A stretch of DNA of 64,000 nt. Origin: an uncultured bacterium. Lineage in GTDB: Bacteria; Hydrothermota; UBA3073; NMUJ01; CBEVQO01. The DNA lies in assembly GCA_965552055.1 (NCBI GenBank), contig CBEVQO010000004.1:1-64000 (forward strand), given 5' to 3'. A model generated the notes under the pieces. The model did not search any database. It saw only the letters and a program-made list of their open reading frames with translations, and was not told where the DNA came from. Shown here one piece after another: positions 27,339 to 36,222 of the stretch; position 1 is the first letter of the stretch, and every line of letters begins with the position of its first letter. The translations under genes and the position numbers were made by a program.

Positions 27339-29063
27339 ATGCCTGTAATTGGTTTTCATATTAATTTGCTTAACAAATTAGTGGGACAAAAATTACCCAG
27401 AACAGTATTAATAAATGTACTCACGGAACTCGGTTGCGATATTGAAGGTTTTTCCACGATTGCCGGTTTTAAGTGCAATGTATGTGGTAATGTGTGGGAT
27501 GCACTTCCCGACAGTTTACCAGAAAAATGCCCAGAATGTGGTGGTGATTCTTTTGAGAAAATATGGGAAGAGGAGATAATAAGGGCAGAGATACAACCAT
27601 CTCGTCCTGACATGATGGATGAATATGGGCTTTCTCGTGCTATTAAGGGCTGGCTCGGTATCGAAAAGGGATTAAAACAATACGAAGCAAAGAATAGTGA
27701 TTATAAACTTTTTGTTGATGAAAGTGTAAAAGATATCCGTCCCTATATTGTGTGTGCTGTTGCAAAAGGTTTGGCTTTTGACGATAAGGATATCCGCATT
27801 TTGATGAAATTACAGGAATATTTGCACTGGGCAGTTGGAAGAGATAGGAAAAGAGCATCAATTGGAGTATATGACCTCGATAAAATAAAATTCCCTGTAT
27901 ATTACAAAGCAATTCCGAAATCACAAATAAAGTTTAAACCCTTATTCATGAGAGACGAAATTGAATTTTTAAAAATGGTAGAGATACATCCCAAATGCAA
28001 AAAGTTTTATCATTTAATAAAAGATTTTGATAGAAGCCCTGTTTTGGTGGATGCGGAAGGAAAAATTTTATCGACCCCTCCTTTGATAAATAGCGAGGAT
28101 ACAAAAGTTGACTTTAATACAAAAAATTTGTTTATAGATGTAACTGGTTTAAATCCTTATGATGTTCAAAACGCCTTGAATATTCTGTGTTGCTCACTTG
28201 CTGAAAGGGGAGCGCAGATTTTTACGGTAGATGTAAATTATCCTGAAAATACAGCAATAACCCCTGATTTTTCTCCAAAAGAGATGAAAGTAAATTACGA
28301 ATTTATCAAAAAGTTAATAGGCATGGATTTGAGTGATAAAGAAATTGAAGAATCACTTTTAAAAATGAGATTCGGGATTAAAAAAGATGTTATTCAAATT
28401 CCTGCTTATCGGGTTGATATCTTGAGTGAGGTTGACATCGTTGAAGATGTTGCGATAGGTTATGCTTATTCAAAAATTGAAAAGAAACAATTAAAAACAT
28501 TCACAATAGGTGAGCCCGATGAAATTGAGGAATATACAAACAAAGTAAGAGAAATAATGATAGGACTTGGATTTACAGAGGTTATGACATCGATGTTAAC
28601 GAATCCGGAAGTTCATTTCAAAAGAATGAGAAAAGAAGTAAAAGATGAGACCATTTTCATTGAAAATCCTGTATCAGAGGAATACACCATTGTTCGCACA
28701 GAACTTATTCAGCAGTTATTGTCTATTTTCCAACAAAATGTTCAAAATCCCATGCCTCAAAAAATTTTCGAAGTGGGAGATATCTGCACAAAAAATAAAG
28801 AAGAGCGTCACTTATGTGCTGGGATTATGTCGGCAAAAGCTAATTTCTCAGAGATAAAAAGCATTGCAGAAGCTTTCTTTAAATCACTGGGAATAAAGGT
28901 AGATTATGAGCCTGGTGCTGAGCCATCTTTTATAAAAGGAAGATGTGCATACATTATGAAGAATGGGGAAAAAATAGGAGTGATGGGCGAATTACATCCA
29001 GAAGTTTTAGAAAATTTTGAACTCCCCTGTCCTGTGGCTTATTTTGAAGTTAAAATATTATAA
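27339..29063 (+). CDS. pheT: Phenylalanine-tRNA ligase beta subunit, archaeal/eukaryotic type
   Basis: 574 aa; SRPD, GRDRKRASIGVYDLD, PPLINS..TKV, YRVDIL..VDIVEDVAIGY, GELHPEVLENF. Confidence 0.9.
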   Translation: MPVIGFHINLLNKLVGQKLPRTVLINVLTELGCDIEGFSTIAGFKCNVCGNVWDALPDSLPEKCPECGGDSFEKIWEEEIIRAEIQPSRPDMMDEYGLSRAIKGWLGIEKGLKQYEAKNSDYKLFVDESVKDIRPYIVCAVAKGLAFDDKDIRILMKLQEYLHWAVGRDRKRASIGVYDLDKIKFPVYYKAIPKSQIKFKPLFMRDEIEFLKMVEIHPKCKKFYHLIKDFDRSPVLVDAEGKILSTPPLINSEDTKVDFNTKNLFIDVTGLNPYDVQNALNILCCSLAERGAQIFTVDVNYPENTAITPDFSPKEMKVNYEFIKKLIGMDLSDKEIEESLLKMRFGIKKDVIQIPAYRVDILSEVDIVEDVAIGYAYSKIEKKQLKTFTIGEPDEIEEYTNKVREIMIGLGFTEVMTSMLTNPEVHFKRMRKEVKDETIFIENPVSEEYTIVRTELIQQLLSIFQQNVQNPMPQKIFEVGDICTKNKEERHLCAGIMSAKANFSEIKSIAEAFFKSLGIKVDYEPGAEPSFIKGRCAYIMKNGEKIGVMGELHPEVLENFELPCPVAYFEVKIL

Positions 29064-30767
29064 CTATTTTTCCACGATATAATTGCCTATACATAGCAAA
29101 TCCATACCGCTTTTTATAAATGTGTTTAATGCATCTTCAGGAGTACATACAATTGGTTCTCCTTTTAAATTAAAAGATGTATTTAAAAGTACAGGTATCC
29201 CTGTTTTTTCCTCGAATTTTTCTATCAAAGCATAATATAAAGGATTTATATCTTTTTCCACTACCTGTAATCTTGCTGTTCCATCTTTGTGAGTTACTGC
29301 TGGTATTTTTTCTCTTTTATCCTCTTTCACATTTGCTGTTGCAAGCATAAATTTATAAGGGAAATTTTCTTCTTTATGTATAAGTTCAAAAAAATCTTCT
29401 GCTTTTTCGTAGAGCACAGAAGGTGCAAAAGGTCTGAAAGGTTCTCTAAATTTTACCTTTTTGTTGACTATATCTTTCATTTTCCCAATTCTCGGGTCTG
29501 CCAGAATGCTACGGTTACCAAGAGCCCTTGGACCCCATTCCATACGCCCCTGAAACCAACCGCATACCTTGCCTTTGATAAGAGCATTCGAAACATAATC
29601 TATTAATTTTTCTTCTTCCATTTTTTTATAATTTATTCCTTTTTCTTTTAATGCTTTTTCAATATCTTCGTTTGAAAATTCAGGTCCATAATAAACATGT
29701 TTTTGTAAAAATTTTCGTTCTTTACCTAATATTGAGTGATAGAGGAAAAGAGCAGCGCCAAGAGCTCCTCCACCGTCGCCTGCCTGTGGCTGAATGAAAA
29801 TGCGTTTGAAAGGAGACTCATAGATTAACCTGCCATTTGCTTTACTGTTTAAAGCTACACCCCCTGCAATACACAGATTTTCACATCCCGTTTCTTTATA
29901 AGCAAAATTTGCTATTTTTAAAATAAGTTCTTCTGTAAATAGTTGAATGCTTGCCGCAATATTTGCGGATTTTTCATCAAGGATATGAGATTTTTCAGGT
30001 GGTTTAGGATCTCCAAAGATTTCACAAAATTTTTTGCTAAACATTTTATCTGCAGAATAATGATAAGCAAAATAAGATAAATCAAGTTCAAAACTACCGT
30101 CATCAAATACTCTCACAATTTTTTGGATTTTGTCAAGATAAATGGGTTTTCCGTAAGCCGCCATTCCCATAACTTTATATTCGCCTTCATTGACTTCGAA
30201 TCCCAGAAATGCAGTAAATGTGCTGTATAAAAGACCTATTGAATGAGGGAAAATTATTTCATAAAGTAATTTAATATCGTTTCCTTTTGCATATCCCACT
30301 GTACAGGTTGTCCATTCACCTACTGCGTCATAGGTTATAATTGCAGATTCAGTAAAAGGTGAAGCAAAATAAGCACTCGCAGCATGAGATAGGTGATGCT
30401 CACAAAATAAAATTTCGCCTTCATAATTAAGTTTATCCTGAATTAAACTTTTAAGCCACAATTTTTCCTTTAACCAATAGGGGAGAGCTTCTTTAAAAAC
30501 TTTCCATGCTTTAGGATAATTTTCGATAACCTGATTAATTATTCTTTCAAATTTTAAAAAAGGCTTTTCGTAGAATATTGTATAATCAAGGTCATTGGGA
30601 TTTAGTTTTGCTTCTTTCAGGCAATAATTTATTGCGTTTATCGGGAATTTGAAGTCATGTTTTTTACGGGTAAAACGCTCTTCTTCTGCCATTGCGATTA
30701 CTTTGCCTTCACTGATTATGCATGCCGCTGCATCATGAAAATAGCAAGATATACCAAGGATGTTCAT
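29064..30767 (-). CDS. O-carbamoyltransferase (NodU/CmcH/TobZ family)
   Basis: FHDAAA, EEERFTRKKH, EHHLSHAASA, GEYKVMG, GGVALN, GPRALGNRS, FRPFAP, NTSFN. Confidence 0.92.
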   Translation of the reverse strand: MNILGISCYFHDAAACIISEGKVIAMAEEERFTRKKHDFKFPINAINYCLKEAKLNPNDLDYTIFYEKPFLKFERIINQVIENYPKAWKVFKEALPYWLKEKLWLKSLIQDKLNYEGEILFCEHHLSHAASAYFASPFTESAIITYDAVGEWTTCTVGYAKGNDIKLLYEIIFPHSIGLLYSTFTAFLGFEVNEGEYKVMGMAAYGKPIYLDKIQKIVRVFDDGSFELDLSYFAYHYSADKMFSKKFCEIFGDPKPPEKSHILDEKSANIAASIQLFTEELILKIANFAYKETGCENLCIAGGVALNSKANGRLIYESPFKRIFIQPQAGDGGGALGAALFLYHSILGKERKFLQKHVYYGPEFSNEDIEKALKEKGINYKKMEEEKLIDYVSNALIKGKVCGWFQGRMEWGPRALGNRSILADPRIGKMKDIVNKKVKFREPFRPFAPSVLYEKAEDFFELIHKEENFPYKFMLATANVKEDKREKIPAVTHKDGTARLQVVEKDINPLYYALIEKFEEKTGIPVLLNTSFNLKGEPIVCTPEDALNTFIKSGMDLLCIGNYIVEK

Positions 30768-31822
30768 TTTAATTTCTCCGTAACTATTGAATATAGGATT
30801 TCAGAAAGCAATTTATGACCTTCAATATTCAAATGAAAATCGGAATCCCAGTAGAGTTTTTTCCCACTCGATAAATAATATCTTTTAAAAATAGGAGTTA
30901 AATCGATGAAGTGCATTTTATTTTCTTTTAAAACATTGCATAACTCTTCTTTTAAGCTATCCAAATATAAACAATTGAAATTGATGTTGTATTTTTTTAA
31001 CAATTTTTCAAAAGAAGGATTATTTCCTTCGATTTGAATTTTTGTAGGCAAAATGACAATATATATTTTGTTGTCGAATAAATTTTTTAATTTCGAAAAG
31101 TATCTTTTCAATTTTTTGATAAGCAAATTTCGTGAAAGTTTATCTTTCCATATTGTATATTGATAAACGCCACTTTGTCCGAATAGGTATTGAGTGTAAC
31201 ATTTTTTATAGAAATGGGGTAGATAAAGGTAGAAAGCGATAAGTGAACTATTTACACATTTCCAAATAAATCTATTTTCAAATGGACAATCCGCCGGGTG
31301 AAACAAATCAAAGTCGTTCCCCAAGTATAGAATAAGGAAACAAAAATTGGGATTTAACTTAATTCCATATTTTTTGAGCCATTTTAAATAATTTGTTAAG
31401 CTGTATCCGCCTACTGCACAGTTCAAGACTTCCCATTCCCTACCTAATTTTGTGTTTAACAAATAGCAACAATTTTCTTCGGTATTAACTATTCCATCAA
31501 CATGTGAGTCTCCTATAACTATAATTCTTTTTTTGTTCTTTTTTAAAGTAGTAGGGTGTTTCATACGCAGTCCCAGATTATTTGTTTCTAAAATGATTTT
31601 ATGTAAAGGATGTTCAGGAAAGGGGAATACAAATTTGAAGTTTGAATTGTGAACGAAACCGACACTGCTATCAGGAACCCAGAAGCAAAATCCTTTTTCG
31701 CCCTTCTGATATAATGGGTGTATCAGCCAATAAAGTCGTAATGACAATTCTAAAAGAATAAGAAAAAGGACGAAAAAGAAGAAAGAGAGTCCAATATATT
31801 TTAATCTTTTTAAAATTGACAT
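30764..31822 (-). CDS. SGNH/GDSL hydrolase-family membrane-anchored protein
   Basis: IGDSH, GYS, GND, DFHLN..GH; N-terminal TM. Confidence 0.75.
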   Translation of the reverse strand: MSILKRLKYIGLSFFFFVLFLILLELSLRLYWLIHPLYQKGEKGFCFWVPDSSVGFVHNSNFKFVFPFPEHPLHKIILETNNLGLRMKHPTTLKKNKKRIIVIGDSHVDGIVNTEENCCYLLNTKLGREWEVLNCAVGGYSLTNYLKWLKKYGIKLNPNFCFLILYLGNDFDLFHPADCPFENRFIWKCVNSSLIAFYLYLPHFYKKCYTQYLFGQSGVYQYTIWKDKLSRNLLIKKLKRYFSKLKNLFDNKIYIVILPTKIQIEGNNPSFEKLLKKYNINFNCLYLDSLKEELCNVLKENKMHFIDLTPIFKRYYLSSGKKLYWDSDFHLNIEGHKLLSEILYSIVTEKLK

Positions 31823-32016
31823 CTTAAACTTTCAAGAGAAGATATATTGCGATTGCGTTTCTTCCATCCCGATGATGTGAGTTTCCTGCTTCTAATTAGG
31901 GAAGCAAGGTAAGGGAAAACGAAGAAGATAAAATAAAACAAAGAAAATAAAATTTTCAATTGTATATTTGCCACTCTGAGAGAGAAATCTTTCCATTTTT
32001 TAAATAACTTTTTCAT
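31810..32016 (-). CDS. Small membrane protein, SxtJ-like
   Basis: WKDF....ANIQLKILFSLFYFIFF and terminal QF; cluster context. Confidence 0.55.
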   Translation of the reverse strand: MKKLFKKWKDFSLRVANIQLKILFSLFYFIFFVFPYLASLIRSRKLTSSGWKKRNRNISSLESLRCQF

Positions 32017-32019
32017 GGA

Positions 32020-32190
32020 TTAAAATAAGGTGTAAATAAAAGGACTTACCCCTATTACCGCTGCAAAAATGAGGATGAGTGTAAGGATAAGCAAAATAAG
32101 TATTAAAGGAATTAACCATATCATCTTTCTCTTTTTCAGGAATGTGAATAACTCTCCTAAAATGCTGATACTCGAAAGAAATTTCCTCAT
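32020..32190 (-). CDS. DUF5989 / SxtK-like small membrane protein
   Basis: ELFTFLKKRK..WLIP...SPFIYTLF; ATG 32190 overlaps the yjbQ stop. Confidence 0.7.
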   Translation of the reverse strand: MRKFLSSISILGELFTFLKKRKMIWLIPLILILLILTLILIFAAVIGVSPFIYTLF

Positions 32191-32603
32191 TCGCCCATTA
32201 TCTGAATTATTACTCTTCTTCTGCTTCGTGGTCCATCGAATTCGCAAAACATGATTGCCTGCCATGTGCCGAGCATCAATCTGCCATTCACAATAGGAAT
32301 TAATCTATTTGAACCTACTATCGCGGATTTTATGTGTGCGCCTGCATTGTTGTCAATCCTGTCATGTAAATATCCTGCGTGGTCAGGTATTGCTCTATTT
32401 ATCGCATTTATAAAGTCGGTTTTTATATTGGGGTCGGCACTTTCGTTTAATACGATTCCAGCTGTGGCATGAGGAATATAAACATTGCATATGCCATTTT
32501 TTATCCCGGATTCATCTACTGCACTCTCTACTTCATAAGTTATGTCTATTAATTCATGCTGGCTTTTTGTGCTTAATGTTATTTCTTTAACAAAATGCTT
32601 CAT
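32187..32603 (-). CDS. yjbQ: YjbQ/UPF0047 family protein
   Basis: PHATAG..NE, H...NAGAHIKS, LGTWQ...EFDGPR. Confidence 0.88.
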   Translation of the reverse strand: MKHFVKEITLSTKSQHELIDITYEVESAVDESGIKNGICNVYIPHATAGIVLNESADPNIKTDFINAINRAIPDHAGYLHDRIDNNAGAHIKSAIVGSNRLIPIVNGRLMLGTWQAIMFCEFDGPRSRRRVIIQIMGE

Positions 32604-32610
32604 TCTTTAA

Positions 32611-32637
32611 ATTTTATCTATTATTTCAAAATGTCAA
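32611..32637 (-). promoter_or_regulatory. Putative promoter TTGACA-N15-TAAAAT, 7 nt from ATG
   Basis: Read from the reverse complement of 32611-32637. Confidence 0.7.
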
Positions 32638-32642
32638 GGGTA

Positions 32643-33392
32643 TTATCGTAAAAACATCCAGTCATGTGATTTGTATTTTTCTTTCAATTTTTCGGCGAGT
32701 TCCATTTCGTAACTCTCTGGTTGTGCGACTTCAAATTTGAAGCCCCTTTTTTCCATTCCCTTAATGAGTGCTTTTTTTAATTCTTCTATTTTGAATTTTT
32801 TACCCGTTATTTCTTCTATCGATGGTTGAATTCCGTCTTTTATCACGAGATTTATGGGAAGATGTGGCTTTATTACGGGTATTACGCCCTGCTGGAGTAT
32901 GAAGCCTTTTTCCCTGTATTGTGCACTTCCAAGTATTTTTTTGCCTTTTATCGTTAATTCATACCTTGATGGTGCTCCAAAGCATGCTCTCAAACCTTTA
33001 TATTTCAAAGTTCCGCGACTTAATTCACAGGAAATTCCCAGCAATTTAAAACCTTCTGCAAATGCTAAACTTAGTTTTTCAAAAGTTTGAAGCGGATTCC
33101 CGCCGAGTAGAGGATTACTTTCCCTTATCATAAAACTATATGTAAGGTCACCGCAATGAAAAACAGCCCTTCCTCCTGTGGGTCTTCTTACGACATCAAT
33201 GCCATACTTTTTACAATTTTCAAAATTTATGTCATCTGCGTGTTGTAATCTGCCAAAAGTTATTGCAACCGGATTAAATGTAAAAAAACGGAATGTCTCG
33301 GGAGAGCGCCCTTCTTTTACGAAGTGAAAAATAGCTTCATCAAGTGCCATGTTAAAGAATGCATCATTTTCGCCGGTATCTATAAGGCGCAT
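32643..33392 (-). CDS. Lipoate-protein ligase / octanoyltransferase (LplA/LipM family)
   Basis: NMALDEA, VVRRPTGGRAVFH, KKILGSAQ. Confidence 0.85.
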   Translation of the reverse strand: MRLIDTGENDAFFNMALDEAIFHFVKEGRSPETFRFFTFNPVAITFGRLQHADDINFENCKKYGIDVVRRPTGGRAVFHCGDLTYSFMIRESNPLLGGNPLQTFEKLSLAFAEGFKLLGISCELSRGTLKYKGLRACFGAPSRYELTIKGKKILGSAQYREKGFILQQGVIPVIKPHLPINLVIKDGIQPSIEEITGKKFKIEELKKALIKGMEKRGFKFEVAQPESYEMELAEKLKEKYKSHDWMFLR

Positions 33393-33398
33393 TAAATT

Positions 33399-35186
33399 TT
33401 ATACCTTAGGATAAAGGTCAAGGGCTGTAAACCATTCTTTTAATTTTTCTATTCTTTTCTTTCTATCTTCTGGAATTTGAAGTGGTCTACCTCTGCAATC
33501 TATTATCAATCCGACTGTACCGCCCTCTATTTTTGCTACTGTCTTTTTGCCTTTGCCTTCTCCTACATCAAAGCCCTTTGCAGGTATTATTTCTACTTCT
33601 TTAATTTCTCCTCTTTCCAAAGGTATTCTTTTAATTTCACCGAAATTCACTTTTATTTCTTCGCCGTCCATTTTTACTGTTACACAGTGTTGTCCTTCTT
33701 TTCCTACACCTTTGGGTGCAATACATGTTCCCAATCTTACAAGGCAATCTTTGTCAAAAACTTCCATAGCTGCTTTTTCGTGGACTGTTGCTAACACACC
33801 CAGATGTGGCATCATAAAGATACTGTCAACTGTTAACATTGTTACACCTTCTGGCTGGAATGCATCGATCATCATAAGTGCAGATTGTACACGCCTTGGA
33901 GCATGTGACAATACTCCACCAGAACCTATCAATAAATTTAATTCCATCATGTTGATTAATGTTTGACCTGTCATCGTTTGTTCAAATGCATCGGAGATTG
34001 TTCTTTCCTGTTGTACACCTTTTAGTCCAACTGCCATGGTTTTGTGATGCTCAAAAGCCAATCTCAATGCTTCCCTTGCTATTGCCTGTTCTATCATTAA
34101 TTCATCGAGTGTTTGAGGAATTGATGTTGGTCTAATCATCTTATTTCTGATTCTGTTAATAAGGTCACTTTCTTCTATTTCAAAAGGAATCCATCTCATT
34201 ATGTTTTCTATTCCTGCTTCTACAAGCACATTCGATATTGAATAACTCATTCCAAGGTTTGCGGAAACTGTGCGGTTGAAAACGCCCTGAAATACACTGA
34301 AAACATCGGTTGTTGCACCACCTATATCAACGCCGATGACAGAGATTCCTCTTTCTCTACCTACTCTTTCAACAAGATATCCGACTGCTCCTGGTGTGGG
34401 CATTATTGGGGCGTCAGTCCAAGACATCAATTTAGGGTATCCAGGTGCATGTGCCATTACATGTTCCATGAACAATTCATGAATTTTATTCCTAGCAGGT
34501 TGTAGATTCTCTTTTTCGAGCACAGGTCTTATATTGTCAACTATTTCGAGTGCTGTTTTTTCTTTTAATACTTCTTTTATTTTTTCTCTTGCATCTTTAT
34601 TCCCAGCATAAACTACTGGCAATCTGTAATCTGTTCCAAATCTTGGTCGGGGTTCAGCTGCTCTTATTATTTCTGCAAGTTCTACTACATGGGATATTGT
34701 TCCACCATCAACTCCTCCTGCGAGCAAAATCATATCCGGTCGCAGATGTCTAATTACTTCTATTTTCTGGTGTGGTAAGCGTCCATCGTTTGATGCTATG
34801 ACTTCCATTACAATTGCTCCTGCACCTAATGCCGCTCTTTCTGCGCTTTCAGCGGTCATGGATTTTACAACACCCGCTACCATCATCTGTAATCCGCCGC
34901 CTGCACTCGAAGTGGATACATAAATATCAACGCCTTCTTTATCGTTTTTCCTTGGTTTTATAATTTTTTCACCTTCCAGTATCTTTTTGCCGGTTAACTC
35001 TTCAAGTTCCCTTACGGCGTTTAAGACCCCTCTTGTTACATCTTCAAAGGGTGCTTCAACCGTCGTTGGTGCTTCTCCTCTTGCGATCAATCTATATTCT
35101 TCGCCTCTTTTTTCTATCAAAATTGCTTTTGTTGTAGTACTGCCACAATCTGTTGCTAATATTGTATTAATTTCATCGGGCTTCAT
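33399..35186 (-). CDS. Glutamate mutase L (GlmL/MutL-like, ASKHA ATPase family) protein
   Basis: DCGSTTTK, SSAGGGL, LLAGGVDGG, YAGN, IMPTP, VDIGGATTDV, GSGGVL. Confidence 0.8.
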   Translation of the reverse strand: MKPDEINTILATDCGSTTTKAILIEKRGEEYRLIARGEAPTTVEAPFEDVTRGVLNAVRELEELTGKKILEGEKIIKPRKNDKEGVDIYVSTSSAGGGLQMMVAGVVKSMTAESAERAALGAGAIVMEVIASNDGRLPHQKIEVIRHLRPDMILLAGGVDGGTISHVVELAEIIRAAEPRPRFGTDYRLPVVYAGNKDAREKIKEVLKEKTALEIVDNIRPVLEKENLQPARNKIHELFMEHVMAHAPGYPKLMSWTDAPIMPTPGAVGYLVERVGRERGISVIGVDIGGATTDVFSVFQGVFNRTVSANLGMSYSISNVLVEAGIENIMRWIPFEIEESDLINRIRNKMIRPTSIPQTLDELMIEQAIAREALRLAFEHHKTMAVGLKGVQQERTISDAFEQTMTGQTLINMMELNLLIGSGGVLSHAPRRVQSALMMIDAFQPEGVTMLTVDSIFMMPHLGVLATVHEKAAMEVFDKDCLVRLGTCIAPKGVGKEGQHCVTVKMDGEEIKVNFGEIKRIPLERGEIKEVEIIPAKGFDVGEGKGKKTVAKIEGGTVGLIIDCRGRPLQIPEDRKKRIEKLKEWFTALDLYPKV

Positions 35187-35202
35187 ATCCCCCTCCGCAA
35201 TA

Positions 35203-35229
35203 ATTTTAATCCAATAATGAGAATGTCAA
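35203..35229 (-). promoter_or_regulatory. Putative promoter TTGACA-N15-TAAAAT
   Basis: Reverse complement of 35203-35229, followed by GGAGG SD. Confidence 0.7.
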
Positions 35230-35285
35230 GGGTAAAATGATAAAAAATTGAGCTTGACAAATTAAAATTTTGGATATTTATATAA

Positions 35286-35358
35286 TGCGGGGTGGAGCAG
35301 CTGGTAGCTCGCCGGGCTCATAACCCGGAGGTCGTGGGTTCGAATCCCACCCCCGCAA
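35286..35358 (+). tRNA. tRNA-Met(CAT), initiator type; CCA not encoded
   Basis: Cloverleaf TGCGGGG/CCCCGCA acceptor, CCGGG-CTCATAA-CCCGG anticodon arm with three G:C pairs, GTGGG-TTCGAAT-CCCAC T arm. Confidence 0.93.
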
Positions 35359-35370
35359 CTTTTTATTTTT

Positions 35371-35904
35371 ATGAAAAAAGCAGTGTTCCTGGATAGAGAC
35401 GGTACTTTAACTTCAGAGAGAAACTACACATTATCACCCGAAGAGATTAAAATATTGCCACAAACTCCCGAAGCGATAAAAATTTTGCATCAAAGTGGAT
35501 TTTTGACAATCGTTGTTACGAATCAATCGTGTGTCGGTAAAGGATTAATAACTCTGGAAGAGCTCCATCGAATTCATCATGCGTTCTTAAAAATTCTCGA
35601 AAAAGAAGGTGCTTCGATTGATGCTATTTATTTTTGTCCGCATCATCCGGATGCAGGATGCAAATGCAGAAAGCCCAGCCCCGAGCTCATATTTAGAGCG
35701 GCAAAAGATTATAATATTGATTTATCCAAATCATATTTGATAGGTGACCAGAAAAGGGATATTGAAATGGGCAAGCGTGCTGGTTTGAAAACAGTAATGG
35801 TGCTGACAGGTTATGGCGAGGAACAGAGTAAAGAAGCGAATCCTGACTTTATCGCAAAAGATGTCCTTGAAGCAGCAAAGATAATAACCCAACTAATACT
35901 TTAA
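35371..35904 (+). CDS. gmhB: HAD-IIIA phosphatase, D,D-heptose 1,7-bisphosphate phosphatase-like
   Basis: FLDRDGTL, VTNQS, CPHHP...C.CRKP, IGD. Confidence 0.8.
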   Translation: MKKAVFLDRDGTLTSERNYTLSPEEIKILPQTPEAIKILHQSGFLTIVVTNQSCVGKGLITLEELHRIHHAFLKILEKEGASIDAIYFCPHHPDAGCKCRKPSPELIFRAAKDYNIDLSKSYLIGDQKRDIEMGKRAGLKTVMVLTGYGEEQSKEANPDFIAKDVLEAAKIITQLIL

Positions 35905-36222
35905 AATTTTGAATTCCACGCGACGATTTAATGCCCGCTCTTCTTCTGTTTCGCCTTTTGTAAGGGGATATTTCTCACCGTATCCTACTGCTTTTATTCT
36001 ATCCGGTGAAATACCGTGCTCTACGAGATATTGTTTTACTGCGAGGGCACGCTTTTCTGAAAGCTTTAGATTATATTCTTCGCTACCGAGTTCATCAGTG
36101 TGACCCGCTATTTCGACTATCATACCAGGGTGTTCTTTCATAATCCTCACGAGTCTATCGAGTTCATATTTTGATTCGGGTTTCAGTTCGTATGAATCGA
36201 AATCAAAGAAAATATTTCGCAA
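35893..36222 (-). CDS. OmpA-like peptidoglycan-binding domain (probably the out-of-frame C-terminus of the WD40 gene)
   Basis: NIFFDFDS, IAGHTD..GS..YN..LSEKRA, NRRVEF; no SD, TTG start inside the upstream ORF. Confidence 0.8.
   Translation of the reverse strand: MRNIFFDFDSYELKPESKYELDRLVRIMKEHPGMIVEIAGHTDELGSEEYNLKLSEKRALAVKQYLVEHGISPDRIKAVGYGEKYPLTKGETEEERALNRRVEFKILKY

Noticed and set aside
29064..32190. Saxitoxin biosynthesis
   Set aside because: Only sxtI/J/K-like families are present; no sxtA, sxtG or other core genes
32191..32265. N-terminal extension of the DUF5989 ORF
   Set aside because: Overlaps yjbQ; ATG at 32190 coupled to the yjbQ stop is the better start
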